Source: Isurus oxyrinchus
Lineage: Eukaryota
DNA length: 64,000 nucleotides
Assembly: GCA_026770705.1 (NCBI GenBank)
Contig: JANJGN010000071.1
Location: 558,001-622,000, forward strand
Direction of reading: 5' to 3'
In this document: one piece after another, positions 11,056 to 22,400 of the stretch
Layout: the number at the start of each line of letters is the position of its first letter
How positions within the stretch are numbered: the first letter of the stretch is position 1
Program-made: the position numbers and the translations under genes
Notes under the pieces: generated by a model
What the model was told of the DNA's origin: nothing
Seen by the model: only the letters and a program-made list of their open reading frames with translations
Database searches by the model: none

Positions 11056-12451
11056 CAAGTCTGTCAGACTCCTTGCATTAAAATTAATACAATCCAACTT
11101 TGCCACGCTATCTTGAGCCTTAAATGGCCAATAATTTCTATGCCTTCCAGGTTCATTTGCTCTCTTCTAATTTTGGCTGTGCATCTCTCTCTGTTGAACC
11201 TCCTCTCGGGATCCCATCCCCTGCCATATTAGTTTAAAGCCTCCTCAATTGCATCAAGGGTGTAATGTCAATTGAAACCAGGGACAACATCAAAGAATGA
11301 CAATCCCACAGATCAATGTGAGCAATTAAAGAAACCTCCAGACAATTTTGCCACCACAAGATCTCGACATAACAGCAGATTACCTCTACGCTTTAGAGAC
11401 TCAAATATTCAACAGATCTATACACTTATGTAATTGTCAAGAAATATGAAAATGATACCAGGAACCTCTTGTTCCCTGTCGTTCTCAAAGATCCATCCCT
11501 GCAGCAGGAGCCTGAAGAGTTACTGATGTGGGGCTTAATTTATCAGATTGTAGAATGATCCGGAACAGAAGGATGCCATTTGGCCCATCGAGCCTGTGCT
11601 GGGCCTTTGAAAGATCTGTCCAATTAGTCCCACTCTCACCTCTGCTCTCTCCTCCACAGCCCTGCAAAATGTCCCCTTCAAGTATTTATCCAGTTCCCCT
11701 TCTGAAAGTTCCTGTTGAATCTGCTTCCACCGGCCTTTCAGGCAGTGAGTCAATGGTCTCTCTCTGAGCTGCAAAGTGCTAATGTTCTGAGAACTTTAAA
11801 CTCTGCAGCAGATCAGAGACAATCATGATAACTCAGAATATTTGACAGTTTTACACACAGACAGCTTTGCCTCCCTTCTCTCTTTCAGTTATCTTGCTCC
11901 CTTATTGAAGTATCTAGCAAGGTGAGAATGGACAGGAAGTGTGACACTGAACAGCCTGTCTATTCTAGGAGCTGCTGTGTTGTCTTTATGGGAAATTCTG
12001 ACAAAATCAGCAAAAGACACAAAATTTCAGGGCCTTGTTATCCGAGTCCCAGCATCAGGATAGACCTCATCCCCCAGTTGGTGTTCCTGATTCTCTATTC
12101 AGCCGATCGCTCCCTTGTCACTGGCTGACCTACACTGACTCCTAGTCCAGCAATGACTCGAATTTCAAATTCTCATCATCGATTTCTTACCCCACCATCC
12201 CCCCTCTACACTCCCAATCCCTGTAACCTCCTCCAACCCTAAAACCCTTTGAGATCTCTGCTCTCCTCCAATTCTGCTGTCAGACAGGGAGTCAGTGTAT
12301 ATCAGTGAGCACAGGGGTGATGGGTGAATGGGACTTGGTGTGAGTTTGTACACTGCCTCACTGCTGAATCAGTTCCCAATCACACTCAATAAGAATGATC
12401 TTTTACAAAGACTATTAGCCATAAACCTGTCCGAGCTGACGATGTTATTAC

Positions 12452-12491
12452 CTTGGAGAAGTGACAGGAGGAAGTAGGATTTCCCGTTCAT
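12452..12491 (-). CDS. Siglec-like copy A: leader exon coding part (exon about 12452-12531)
   Basis: MNGKSYFLLSLLQ plus phase-1 gtaata donor; joins the V exon to give signal peptide MNGKSYFLLSLLQVGLS-QEW. Confidence 0.85.
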
Positions 12492-12941
12492 AGTCCACTC
12501 CCAGATATTTCATAAGCTTCTGACTCTCAAACTGTGAAAGAGAAAGGAGTTAATGAGACCTCACCTCTTGTCCGACAGCTCTCAAGAGATCAGAACTGTT
12601 TTTGGACAACGTCTTGACAGACTAATTTGATTCTCTGTGGGATGATAGGTGCTCTGCAGAGAGTTACAAGGCTTTAAGAAAGAAAAACATTGAAGGATTT
12701 GCATTTCTATAGCACCTTTCACCACCTCAAGACATCCCAAAGCTCATGTCTCTGCAATTCCCTCATCCCTTGAGCTAGAAAGATGTTCCGTACAACAGAC
12801 TTGAGTCTCACACCCAGATCTCAATAACCAGTAGAAATCTTTCAAAGGCATGAATCATTGGAATCTGTCTTTATAAAGTCACAACATCAACAAAGGACGG
12901 TGTTGGTGGTGGAAGTGAATTCCAATCGTTCCGTTACTTAC

Positions 12942-13030
12942 CCAGGACCTGTCTGACTGCTCGCCTGGGGAGGAACTGCCCACACGCTCTGCTTGGGCTG
13001 AATGACCTCTTCCTGTGCTGCTCCCTCTGT
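12942..13030 (-). other. Siglec-like copy A: putative non-coding exon 1 (5' end approximate)
   Basis: Perfect G/gtaagt donor conserved in five copies, about 410 bp upstream of the leader acceptor in four of them. Confidence 0.6.
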
Positions 13031-13068
13031 GTGTTTAATGAGAAAGGGTTGATGTGTCACTGTGAGAC

Positions 13069-13082
13069 AAAATGAGGAAGTT
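13069..13082 (+). promoter_or_regulatory. PU.1/Spi-type ETS site upstream of exon 1
   Basis: AAAATGAGGAAGTT; identical in copy D (60557-60570, reverse), variant AAAATGTGGAAGTG in copies B and C. Confidence 0.4.
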
Positions 13083-13319
13083 GGATCAAAGTGACAGAAC
13101 AGGTCGTGTTTTGAGTTTTTTGAAGCTGTGAACCCTTTGTGTTCTGGACTTGTGATGATATTTCTGCTCAAAAGTGGAAAGTCATTGACCAGGAATTTCT
13201 CCTGTGTGTCACTGGATTTCGAACCCTCTCTCTCTCTCTGAGTGAGAAGGTCGTCAGTTCGAAATTCATTTGGCAAAATTCAGGCTGGCAAACCAGACCG
13301 GCACTCGGTGTCAGGACTG

Positions 13320-13625
13320 AGAGTCCTGCACAGTCGGAGAGTCAGTACTGAGGGAGTGTTGCACTGTTGGACGGTCAGCACTGACTTAGTGCTGCACTGT
13401 CGGAGGGTCTGTACTGCGAGTGTTGCACTCTGGGTGTGCCAGTGCTGAAGGAGTGCTGCACTGTCAGATGGTCAATGCTGAGGGAGCGCTACACTTTTCA
13501 AGCATCAGTACTTAGGGGCTGCTGCACTATCAGGGGGTCATGACTAAGGGACCACTGCACAGTCGGAGGGTCCGTACCCAGGGAATGCTGCACTGTCGCA
13601 GGCTCAGTACCGAGGGAGTGCAAAC
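13320..13625 (-). repeat. Degenerate 33-bp satellite units upstream of copy A
   Basis: gtactgagggagtgctgcactgtc variants, reverse orientation matching the gene. Confidence 0.8.
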
Positions 13626-13639
13626 TAAAGTAGTGACAA

Positions 13640-16600
13640 GGGTTGAATAAACTGGCGATGAGGTGAAAAACAAGGAAGAAAAATCAAGGAATGAGAGCAA
13701 GGGAACCGAAATCGGGCTGTGCCTCACGCAGTGATTATAAATATAATTTCCATCCTAATAACCGAGGCAGCCCCCTCGAAGAATGCTGCAGTTTGGACGA
13801 GTTGATCCTTTCGACCCAACGGTGGGCGATTGGTCTCATTATGGTGAACTTCTCGCGTTCTTTTTCCAAGTGAATGACATTGATGGGGAGGAGAAGAGGC
13901 GAGCGACCCTCTTATCCACGTGTGGGAGTAAGATTTAGGGATTGATGCGAACTTTAATGCCACCCGGTGCCATGGATTCAAAAAGTTTAGATGATATAGT
14001 GAACCTTGTGAAGATTCCTTCCCAGCCCCAGCCCTCGGTAACGATGCAACGGTCCAAATTTAACTCAAGAAATAGAGTCCCAGGGGAGGCAGCTGCATGT
14101 TATGTGGAAATTCTGAAACAGTTAACAGGACATTGTGAGTTTGGTAAATCTATAAATGATATGCTGAGAGATCGACTGGTGTGCAGTATAAATGAAGATT
14201 CGATTCAGAAGAGATTACTGTCTGAAACAGATTTGGATATTCAGAAGGCTCTGGGAAGAGTGCTGGCTATGGAAAGAGCAGTGAGGGACTCGAAAAACAT
14301 ATGGAGAGTGCAAAATGTCACCGTCCTCATGTTGGGTGAGGAGCCTCAGCCAAGAAGTGCGGGAAAATGTACAGCTCTGATGAGAAGCGGGAAACCTCCA
14401 CCACTAGCAGCAAATAAAAAGGAATGACTTAGCAGAGAAAACATGGAATAATGTGAACAGAGGTGAAGCAGACAACCTCGTAGTGAATGGAACTTTAAAA
14501 AAAATCAATTGTTTTTACTGTCATCGAAACAGAGAGCCCATGAGAGATTGCAAGGATAGAATCAGGCAGAGTTTCAACCAAGAGAGAAAACCCTGTGAGA
14601 TCCATAACATAGAAGAGCCTGAAGTAACAGATTCAGATAGTTATTCATTGTATAATTTAAAGGTAGGAAGAACAGAGCCAATCTATGTAACAGTGAGGGT
14701 GAATGATAGAGCTCTCAGAATGGGGGTGGACACAGGAGCTAACACTACGCTAATTGGTGAGCATACTTTCAAATACTGGAATCATGGGGAAAGTCAATTA
14801 AATTTGGAAGAAACAGATGACTAATTGAAAACTTACAAGGGAGAAGACATTCAAGCCAAAGACATAAGCAGGGTTATTATACAGTATGGAAGTCAATCAG
14901 TAAAATGACCCTTGATGATAGGAGCTGGTGAGGGACCAAGCCTCCTTGGATGAAACTGGCTGAAAGATATTAAACTGGATTGGTCTGAGATCTTCCAACT
15001 GAGAGCCAGTGGGCTACCTGAGCTACTACAAAAATACATCTCAGTTTTCCAAGATGAACTCGGGGAGATCCAGGGGCTGCAAGCAAAAATTCATGTGGAT
15101 CCAGACTCTACCCCTCTGATTTATGAAGGCACGACCAGTACCTTATGCAATGTGGGAAAAGGCAGATGCTGAATTGGGCAGGTTCTAGAAACTGGGAGGG
15201 ATACAATCTGTGCTGTCCTCAGAATGGGCAGCACCAATAGTCCCTGGACCTGAGCCTGGCCAAAGTGTTTGTGGAGATGACAAGAATTGACTGGAACGGC
15301 CTACACGGAGCTGATATGAGCCATGCTTATCAACAATTGGAGTTCGAGAAGGCCTCCCAGAAGTTTGTCATAATTAATACACACAAAGGGTTGTATCAAT
15401 AAACCGGTTTGCCTTTCAGAGTCTCCTCTGCAGGATCACAGTGTCTTAATGGCACAGCAGGAGGCCATTCAGCCCATCGTGTCTATCCCAGCTCTCCAAA
15501 TGAGCATCATGACCTAGTGTCATTGCCCTGCCTTTCCCCATGCCCCTGCACCTTTTCTCTATCCAAATAATCATCTAATGCCCTCCTGAATGCCTCGATT
15601 GAACCTGCCTCCACAACACTTCCAGGCCGTGCATTCCAGGCCCAAAACTTAGTTGTGTGAAAAAGTTTTTTCTCACGTCACATTTGCAACATCAGTCATG
15701 CTAAATGTCAGCGGGAAGGTGGAAAGGAGTCCAGGAAGACAGGAAACTGGACATGACTGGCATAGTCATGACAGGAAGCTGACCGTAGGAGAGACGGTAT
15801 ATGTGAAGGATTTTAGAGAGGGGCCAAAGTGGTCACCGGGTGAAATAAATGCAGCGATTGGAACTCTTTCTCACCATGTGAAAGTGGAAGACCGAGTCAT
15901 ATGGAGACATGTGGGTCATATAAGGAGGAGAGAAACAAAGTACCAAGAAACAACCCCACCAGTCTTCACGGCTGCGTCTATGTCTCCTGTTGAAAGAACT
16001 CAGCTGAGAACAGATGTGTCTGAAGGGTCCGTTGTACCTGCAAGAGTTGAGGAAACAGGTTTGCAGGTGTCCACCGAAGAAGCTGGTGTTGGGACAACAT
16101 CAGAAAAGGAGACTCCTGACAAAGTATCTGAAGCTGTGGATCTGAGACGTTCCAGACGCATAAGGAAACCCCCCAGAAAGACTGAATTTGTAAATTACTG
16201 ATCTGTGTAAATCATTTGATACTTTGAGAAAATGGTAAAAGTAAGTGTAAAATGTGTTTCTGAGTAAAGGGGGAGGGTGGTGGTAATCTGATGTGTGATG
16301 TACCTTTAAGAAGAAGGTTACAATGGAAGATAACATGAGCTCAGTGTTGTGGTGTGTTCTCAGAATCAACCTCAGGCCTGGCTAAAAACAGAACTCTACC
16401 CATTACAGGGAAACCATCTTTTTTGTTCACAGAGTTAGTCACGTACACATTGGGTTATTTAAATTCAAATCTTGTCAGTACATAATCACATAATAAGCAG
16501 ATGTTCCCAGTCCCAGGTACATATCTGCTCCTTACCCAAGCAAGAACTGTTTATCTCGTTCTAGCCTGGTGCTGTTTGCCTTTACCTTATCTGTTTACCC

Positions 16601-17010
16601 TCAGCATCTATTTATGTCTCTTCTCGAGTTAATCCCTTGTGATCTTCAAGGCCTTTCTGGAGAATTCTGCTGATGTCAGCCCCATGGTGCACAAGGTTCA
16701 CCTGGAGAATTCTGCTGACCTTTGGTTTTCACTAATAGAAGTCCCTGTTTAACTCTTATATCAGTGTCCAACAGCCGAGTGGCGCAGGTACCTCAGTAGT
16801 CGGTCACCTTTGGTTAGAGCCTGTAATGCGGAGACAGGGCTTGAGTTGAAAGCACACAAGTGTAGCTGCTGAGTTCCTTTGTAAATAAGCAGAATGTGTT
16901 TCATCTAAGAACTGTCTGCTGATCTACTCGGTCTATTGTACCTACTCAGCCTCTCCAAAACAAGCCTGGATCCATAAGTCCCAACAAACTCGTGAGCAGC
17001 ATCCAACAGT
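13640..17010 (+). mobile_element. Degenerate, internally deleted Gypsy LTR retrotransposon
   Basis: PBS-like TGGCGA at about 13653, gag (LRDRLVCSINEDSIQKRLL), CCHC remnant CFYCH, protease VDTGA, RT remnant, integrase C-terminus (GETVYVKDF...LRRSRRIRKPP), polypurine tract aaagggggaggg at about 16266, probable 3' LTR. Confidence 0.85.
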
Positions 17011-17117
17011 ATCAATAATTAATGTATGTATTGTGGGTGGAATTTTCGATTTGGATCAATAATACTAAACACTGATCACTCTGATTGTCACTCTGATCAT
17101 TTCTGTTTCTATTACAG

Positions 17118-17234
17118 AAGAAAGATGAGAAGGATCTGGAAATGAAATCTAACCGCGGAGTCAATCCTGATACAGATGATGATCTTTACGCAAACTGTGA
17201 ATTTGCTGAGGATTCTGTTTATGGGAATTTATAA
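17118..17234 (+). pseudogene. Orphan terminal cytoplasmic exon with tyrosine motifs (ITIM-type)
   Basis: Acceptor ttctgtttctattacag, then KKDEKDLEMKSNRGVNPDTDDDLYANCEFAEDSVYGNL*; SVYGNL fits S/I/V/L-x-Y-x-x-L/V/I; possible ATTAAA at 17750; no upstream partner exons on this strand in the window. Confidence 0.7.
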
Positions 17235-18319
17235 ACTGAGCAAGAATGAGACACACACAGTGTGGGGAGAATACAGAATGGGAGAATCATTCAAAACTCC
17301 AATTTACCTTCCTAATATCCACAGGAACTCACTCCCAGGAAATAGATTTAAACCTCTTGTTACAAACTGATGAAATTTCTTCGGAATGATCTGTCCAGGA
17401 TGATTGTCTGTGGGTTTCAATTTGAACATCCTCCTTCAGAATTGTCCCTCCCTGTTGGAAACATCCTTCTCTCCAATCTGATTGTAAATGTCTTTAGATA
17501 TCGTTCGATGATGTACCAGGACAGAACGGACAAATTCAATCCCGTGTCCGTGATTATGAGTTAATTTTCATTCTGTTATTCATCTTCCTGTCTGCCAGTG
17601 TTTACAGAATATTCATCAGCCAGTGTAGACTTCAGGAAATGCAGGATCGGTGGATAATTGGACCAGAGCAAAACCCTATAATTTATTCACCATTTTGCAG
17701 TCAAACATATGTTCAGAGAACATGTGTATTTTATGAGTTATTGTTTAATATTAAACTAATCGCAGCCTGGGAAAGGGAAACAATTTGATTGGAGAATTGG
17801 TAGACTTCCGACAACACAGAGGAAAACAGGTGTGCTACAGTGCCAGCACTGGTGGGAGGATGTCATTACAGCGTGACATGTTTACATTGATGTTGCCAAT
17901 GTCATTGTGAACAGAGGGAGCTATGATGTGAAAAGTTGCTTGCAAATGTACGTTTTTCACTGTATCCTGGATGGCTGAAACAGCTTTGACAACAGAATGA
18001 GCTAAAGCTACAACTTACAACCATTTCAGTCTTTCAGTTTCTGAAATTACAATTAGCCTCCATCCTGAAGGCTGAGTGAATGGGCGGACTGTGCGATGTG
18101 TTACAGATTTCAGACACCAACATCCTCGATCCTGGTTCCGCTCTGTGTTTGATGAAAAGATCCTAACCAGACACATGGATAAAAGATTGGGAAAATAAAT
18201 AATCCTCCTGCATTAACCAGTAACCAGTCACTAACTAAGTTAATCATGTGAGGACAGGATTGTGTTGGAGGTCATTAACCCCAGCATCAAACACATCCTT
18301 TGGACTGGCCATTTACACA

Positions 18320-19097
18320 GAAGAAAGGAGGAGGCCCATTCAGCTCCTCGAGCCTGTTACACAGGAACAGGAGGAGGCCCATTCAGCCCCTCGAGCCTGT
18401 TACACAGGAACAGGAGGAGGCCCATTCAGCCCCCCTCGAGCCTGTTACACAGGAACAGGAGGAGGCCCATTCAGCTCCCCTCGAGCCTGTTACACAGGAA
18501 CAGGAGGAGGCGCATTCAGCCCCTTGAGCCTGTTACACAGGAACAGGAGGAGGCTCATTCAGCCCATCGAGCCTGTTACACAGCAACAGGAGGAGGCCCA
18601 TTCAGCTCCTCAAGCTTGTTACACAGAAACAGGAGGAAGGCCATTCAGCCCCTTGAGCCCGTTACACAGGAACAGGAGGAGGCCCATTCAGCCCCCTCAA
18701 GCCTGTGACACAGGAACAGGAGGAGGCCCATTCAGCCCATCGAGCCTATGACACAGGAACAGGAGGAGGCCCATTCAGCTCCTCGAGCCTGTTACACAGG
18801 AACAGGAGGAGGCCCATTCAGCCCCCTCAAGCCTGTGACACAGGAACAGGAGGAGGCCCATTCAGCCCATCGGGCCTATGACACAGGAACAGGAGGAGGC
18901 CCATTCAGCCCCTCGAGCCTGTTACACAGGAACAGGAGGAGGCCCATTCAGCCCCTCGAGCTTGTAACAAAAGAAAAGGAGGAGGCCGTTCAACCCCTTG
19001 AGCCTGTAACACATGAACATGAGGGGCCCATTCAGCCCCCTCAATCCCATTACACAGGAACAGGAGGAGGCCATTCAGCCCCTCGAGCCTGTTACAT
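18320..19097. repeat. Minisatellite, unit 43-45 bp
   Basis: Repeats of cctcgagcctgttacacaggaacaggaggaggcccattcagcc; resembles the reverse complement of the CR1 tail at 4468-4505. Confidence 0.9.
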
Positions 19098-19225
19098 GGG
19101 AAAAAGTTTAATCACATTCGGACACAGCCTTGGCACTCCAAGGGTTAACAGTTTGCTTTCATACTTTGACAGCAAACACCTCCCACTTTGTCTCACAGTG
19201 ACACATCCACCCTTTCTCATTAAAT

Positions 19226-19316
19226 ACACAGAGGGAGCAGCACAGGAAGAGGTCATTCAGCCCAAGCAGAGCGTGTGGGCAGTTCCTCCCCAGGCGAGCA
19301 GTCGGACAGGTCCTGG
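19226..19316 (+). other. Orphan copy of non-coding exon 1
   Basis: Same sequence and G/gtaagt donor as the other copies; intron homology stops after about 90 bp at the satellite. Confidence 0.6.
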
Positions 19317-19405
19317 GTAAGTAACGGAACGATTGGAATTCACTTCCACCACCAACACCGTTTTTGTAGATGTTGTGACTTTATAAAGACAGATTCCAAT
19401 GATTC

Positions 19406-22400
19406 ACAGTTCAGCACTCCCTCAGTACTGACCCTCTGACAGTGTAGCACTCCCTCAGTACTGACCCTCTGACAGTGCAACACTTCCTCAGTACTGAGCC
19501 TCTGACAGTGCAGCACTCCCTCAGTACTGACCCACCGAAAGTGCAGCACTCCCTCAGTACTGACCCTCTGACAGTGCAGCACTTATCAATACTGACTCTC
19601 TGACAGTGCAGCACTCCCTCAGTTCTGACCCACCGATAGTGATGCAATCCCTCAATACTGACCCTCTGACAGTGCAGCACTCACTCAGTACTGACCCTCT
19701 GACAGTGCAGCACTCCCTCAGTACTGACCCTCTGACAGTGCAGCACTCCCTCAATACTGACCCTCTGACAGTGCAGCATTGCCTCAGTACTGACCCTCTG
19801 ACAGTGCAGCACTTCCTCAGTACTGACCCTCTGACAGTGCAGCACTCCCTCAGTACTGACCCTCTGACAGTGCAGCACACCCTCAGTACTGACCCTCTGA
19901 CAGTGCAGCACTCCCTCAGTACTGACCCTCTGACAGTGCAGCACTCCCTCAGTACTGACCCTCTGACAGTGCAGCACCTCTTCAGTACTGACCCTCTGAC
20001 AGTGCAGCACCCCCTCAGTACTGACCCTCTGACAGTGCAGCACCTCTTCAGTACTGACCCTCTGACAGTGCAGCACTCCCTCAGTACTGACCCTCTGACA
20101 GTGCAGCACTCCCTCAGTACTGACCCTCTGACAGTGCAGCACTCCCTCAGTACTGACCCTCTCACAGTGCAGCACTCCCTCAGTACTGACCCTCCGACAG
20201 TGCAGCACTCCCTCAATACTGACCCTCTGACAGTGCGGCACTCCCTCAGTACTGACCCTCTGACAGTGCAGCACGCCCTCACTACTGAACCTCCGACAGT
20301 GCAGTACTCCCTCAGTACTGACCCTCTGACAGTGCAGCACTCCCTCAGTACTGACCCTCTCACAGTGCAGCACACCCTCAGTACTGACCCTCTACAGTGC
20401 AGCACTCCCTCAGTACTGACCCTCTGACAGTGCAGCACTCCCTCAGTACTGACCCTCTGACAGTGCAGCACCTCTTCAGTACTGACCCTCTGACAGTGCA
20501 GCACCCCCTCAGTACTGACCCTCTGACAGTGCAGCACCTCTTCAGTACTGACCCTCTGACAGTGCAGCACTCCCTCAGTACTCACCCTCTGACAGTGCAG
20601 CACTCCCTCAGTACTGACCCTCTGACAGTGCAGCACTCCCTCAGTACTGACCCTCTGACAGTGCAGCACTCCCTCAGTACTGACCCTCTGACAGTGCAGC
20701 ACTCCCTCAGTACTGACCCTCTGACAGTGCAGCACTCCCTCAGTACTGACCCTCTGACAGTGCAGCACTCCCTCAGTACTGACCCTCCGACAGTGCAGCA
20801 CTCCCTCAGTACTGACCCTCTGACAGTGCAGCACTCCCTCAGTACTGACCCTCTGCCAGTACAGCACTCCCTCAGTACTGACCCTCTGACAGTGCAGCAC
20901 TCCCTCAGTATTGACACTCTGACAGTGCAGCATTGCTTCAGTACTGACCCTCTGACAGTGCAGCACTCACTCAGTACTGGCCATCCCACAGTGCAGCACT
21001 CCCTCAGTACTGACCCTCTGACAGTGCAGCACTCCCTCAGTACTGACCCTCTGACAGTGCAGCACTCCCTCAGTACTGACCCTCTGACAGTGCAGCACTC
21101 CCTCAGTACTGACCCTCTGACAGTGCAGCACTCCCTCAGTATTGACACTCTGACAGTGCAGCATTGCTTCAGTACTGACCCTCTGACAGTGCAGCACTCA
21201 CTCAGTACTGGCCCTCCCACAGTGCAGCACTCCCTCAGTACTGACCCTCTTACAGTGCAGCACCTCTTCAGTACTGACCCTCTGACAGTGCAGCATTGCT
21301 TCAGTACTGGCCCTCCCACAGTGCAGCACTCCCTCAGTACTGACCCTCTGACAGTGCAGCACGCCCTCAGTACTGACCCGCTCACATTGCAGCACTCCCT
21401 CAGTACTGACCCTCTGACAGTGCAGCACTCCCTCAGTACTGACCCTCTGACAGTGCAGCACTCCCTCAGTACTGACCCTCTGACAGTGCAGCACTCCCTC
21501 AGTACTGACCCTCTGACAGTGCAGCACGCCCTCAGTACTGACCCTCTGACAGTGCAGCACTCCCTCAGTACTGAACCTCTGACAGTGCAGCGCTCCCTCA
21601 GTACTGACCCTCTGACAGTGCAGCAGGCCCTCAGTACTGACCCTCTGACAGTGCAGCACTCCCTCAGTACTGAACCTCTGACAGTGCAGCACTCCCTCAG
21701 CACTGACCCTCTGACAGTGTAGCACTCCCTCAGTACTGACCCTCTGACAGTGCAGCACTCCCTCAGTACTGACCCTCTTACAGTGCAGCACCTCTTCAGT
21801 ACTGACCCTCTGACAGTGCAGCATTGCTTCAGTACTGACCCTCTTACAGTGCAGCACTCCCTCAGTACTGACCCTCTGACATTGCAGCACTCCCTCAGTA
21901 CTGACCCTCTGACAGTGCAGCACTCCCTCAATACTGACCCTCTGACAGTGCAGCACTCCCTCAGTAATGACCCTCTGACAGTGCAGCACTCCCTCAGTAC
22001 TGACCCTCTGACAGTGCAGCACGCCCTCAGTACTGACCCTCTGACAGTGCAGCATTCCCTCAGTACTGAACCTCTGACAGTGCAGCACTCCCTCAGTACT
22101 GACCCTCTGACGGTGCAGCACTCCCTCACTACTGACCCTCTGACAGTGCAGCACTCCCTCAGTACTGACCCTCTGACAGTGCAGCACTTCTTCAGTACTG
22201 ACCCTCTGACAGTGCAGCACTCCCTCAGTACTGACCCTCTGACAGTGCAGCACTCCCTCAGTACTGACCCTCTGACAGTGCAGCACTCCCTCAGTGCTGA
22301 CCCTCTGACAGTGCAGCACTCCCTCAGTATTGACCCTCTGACAGTGCAGCACTCCCTCAGTACTGACCCTCTGACAGTGCAGCACTCCCTCAGTACTGAC

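Noticed and set aside
13942-16201. Domesticated gag or integrase-derived gene
   Set aside because: Multiple stops, frameshifts, an internal deletion and a nested retroelement tail indicate ordinary decay
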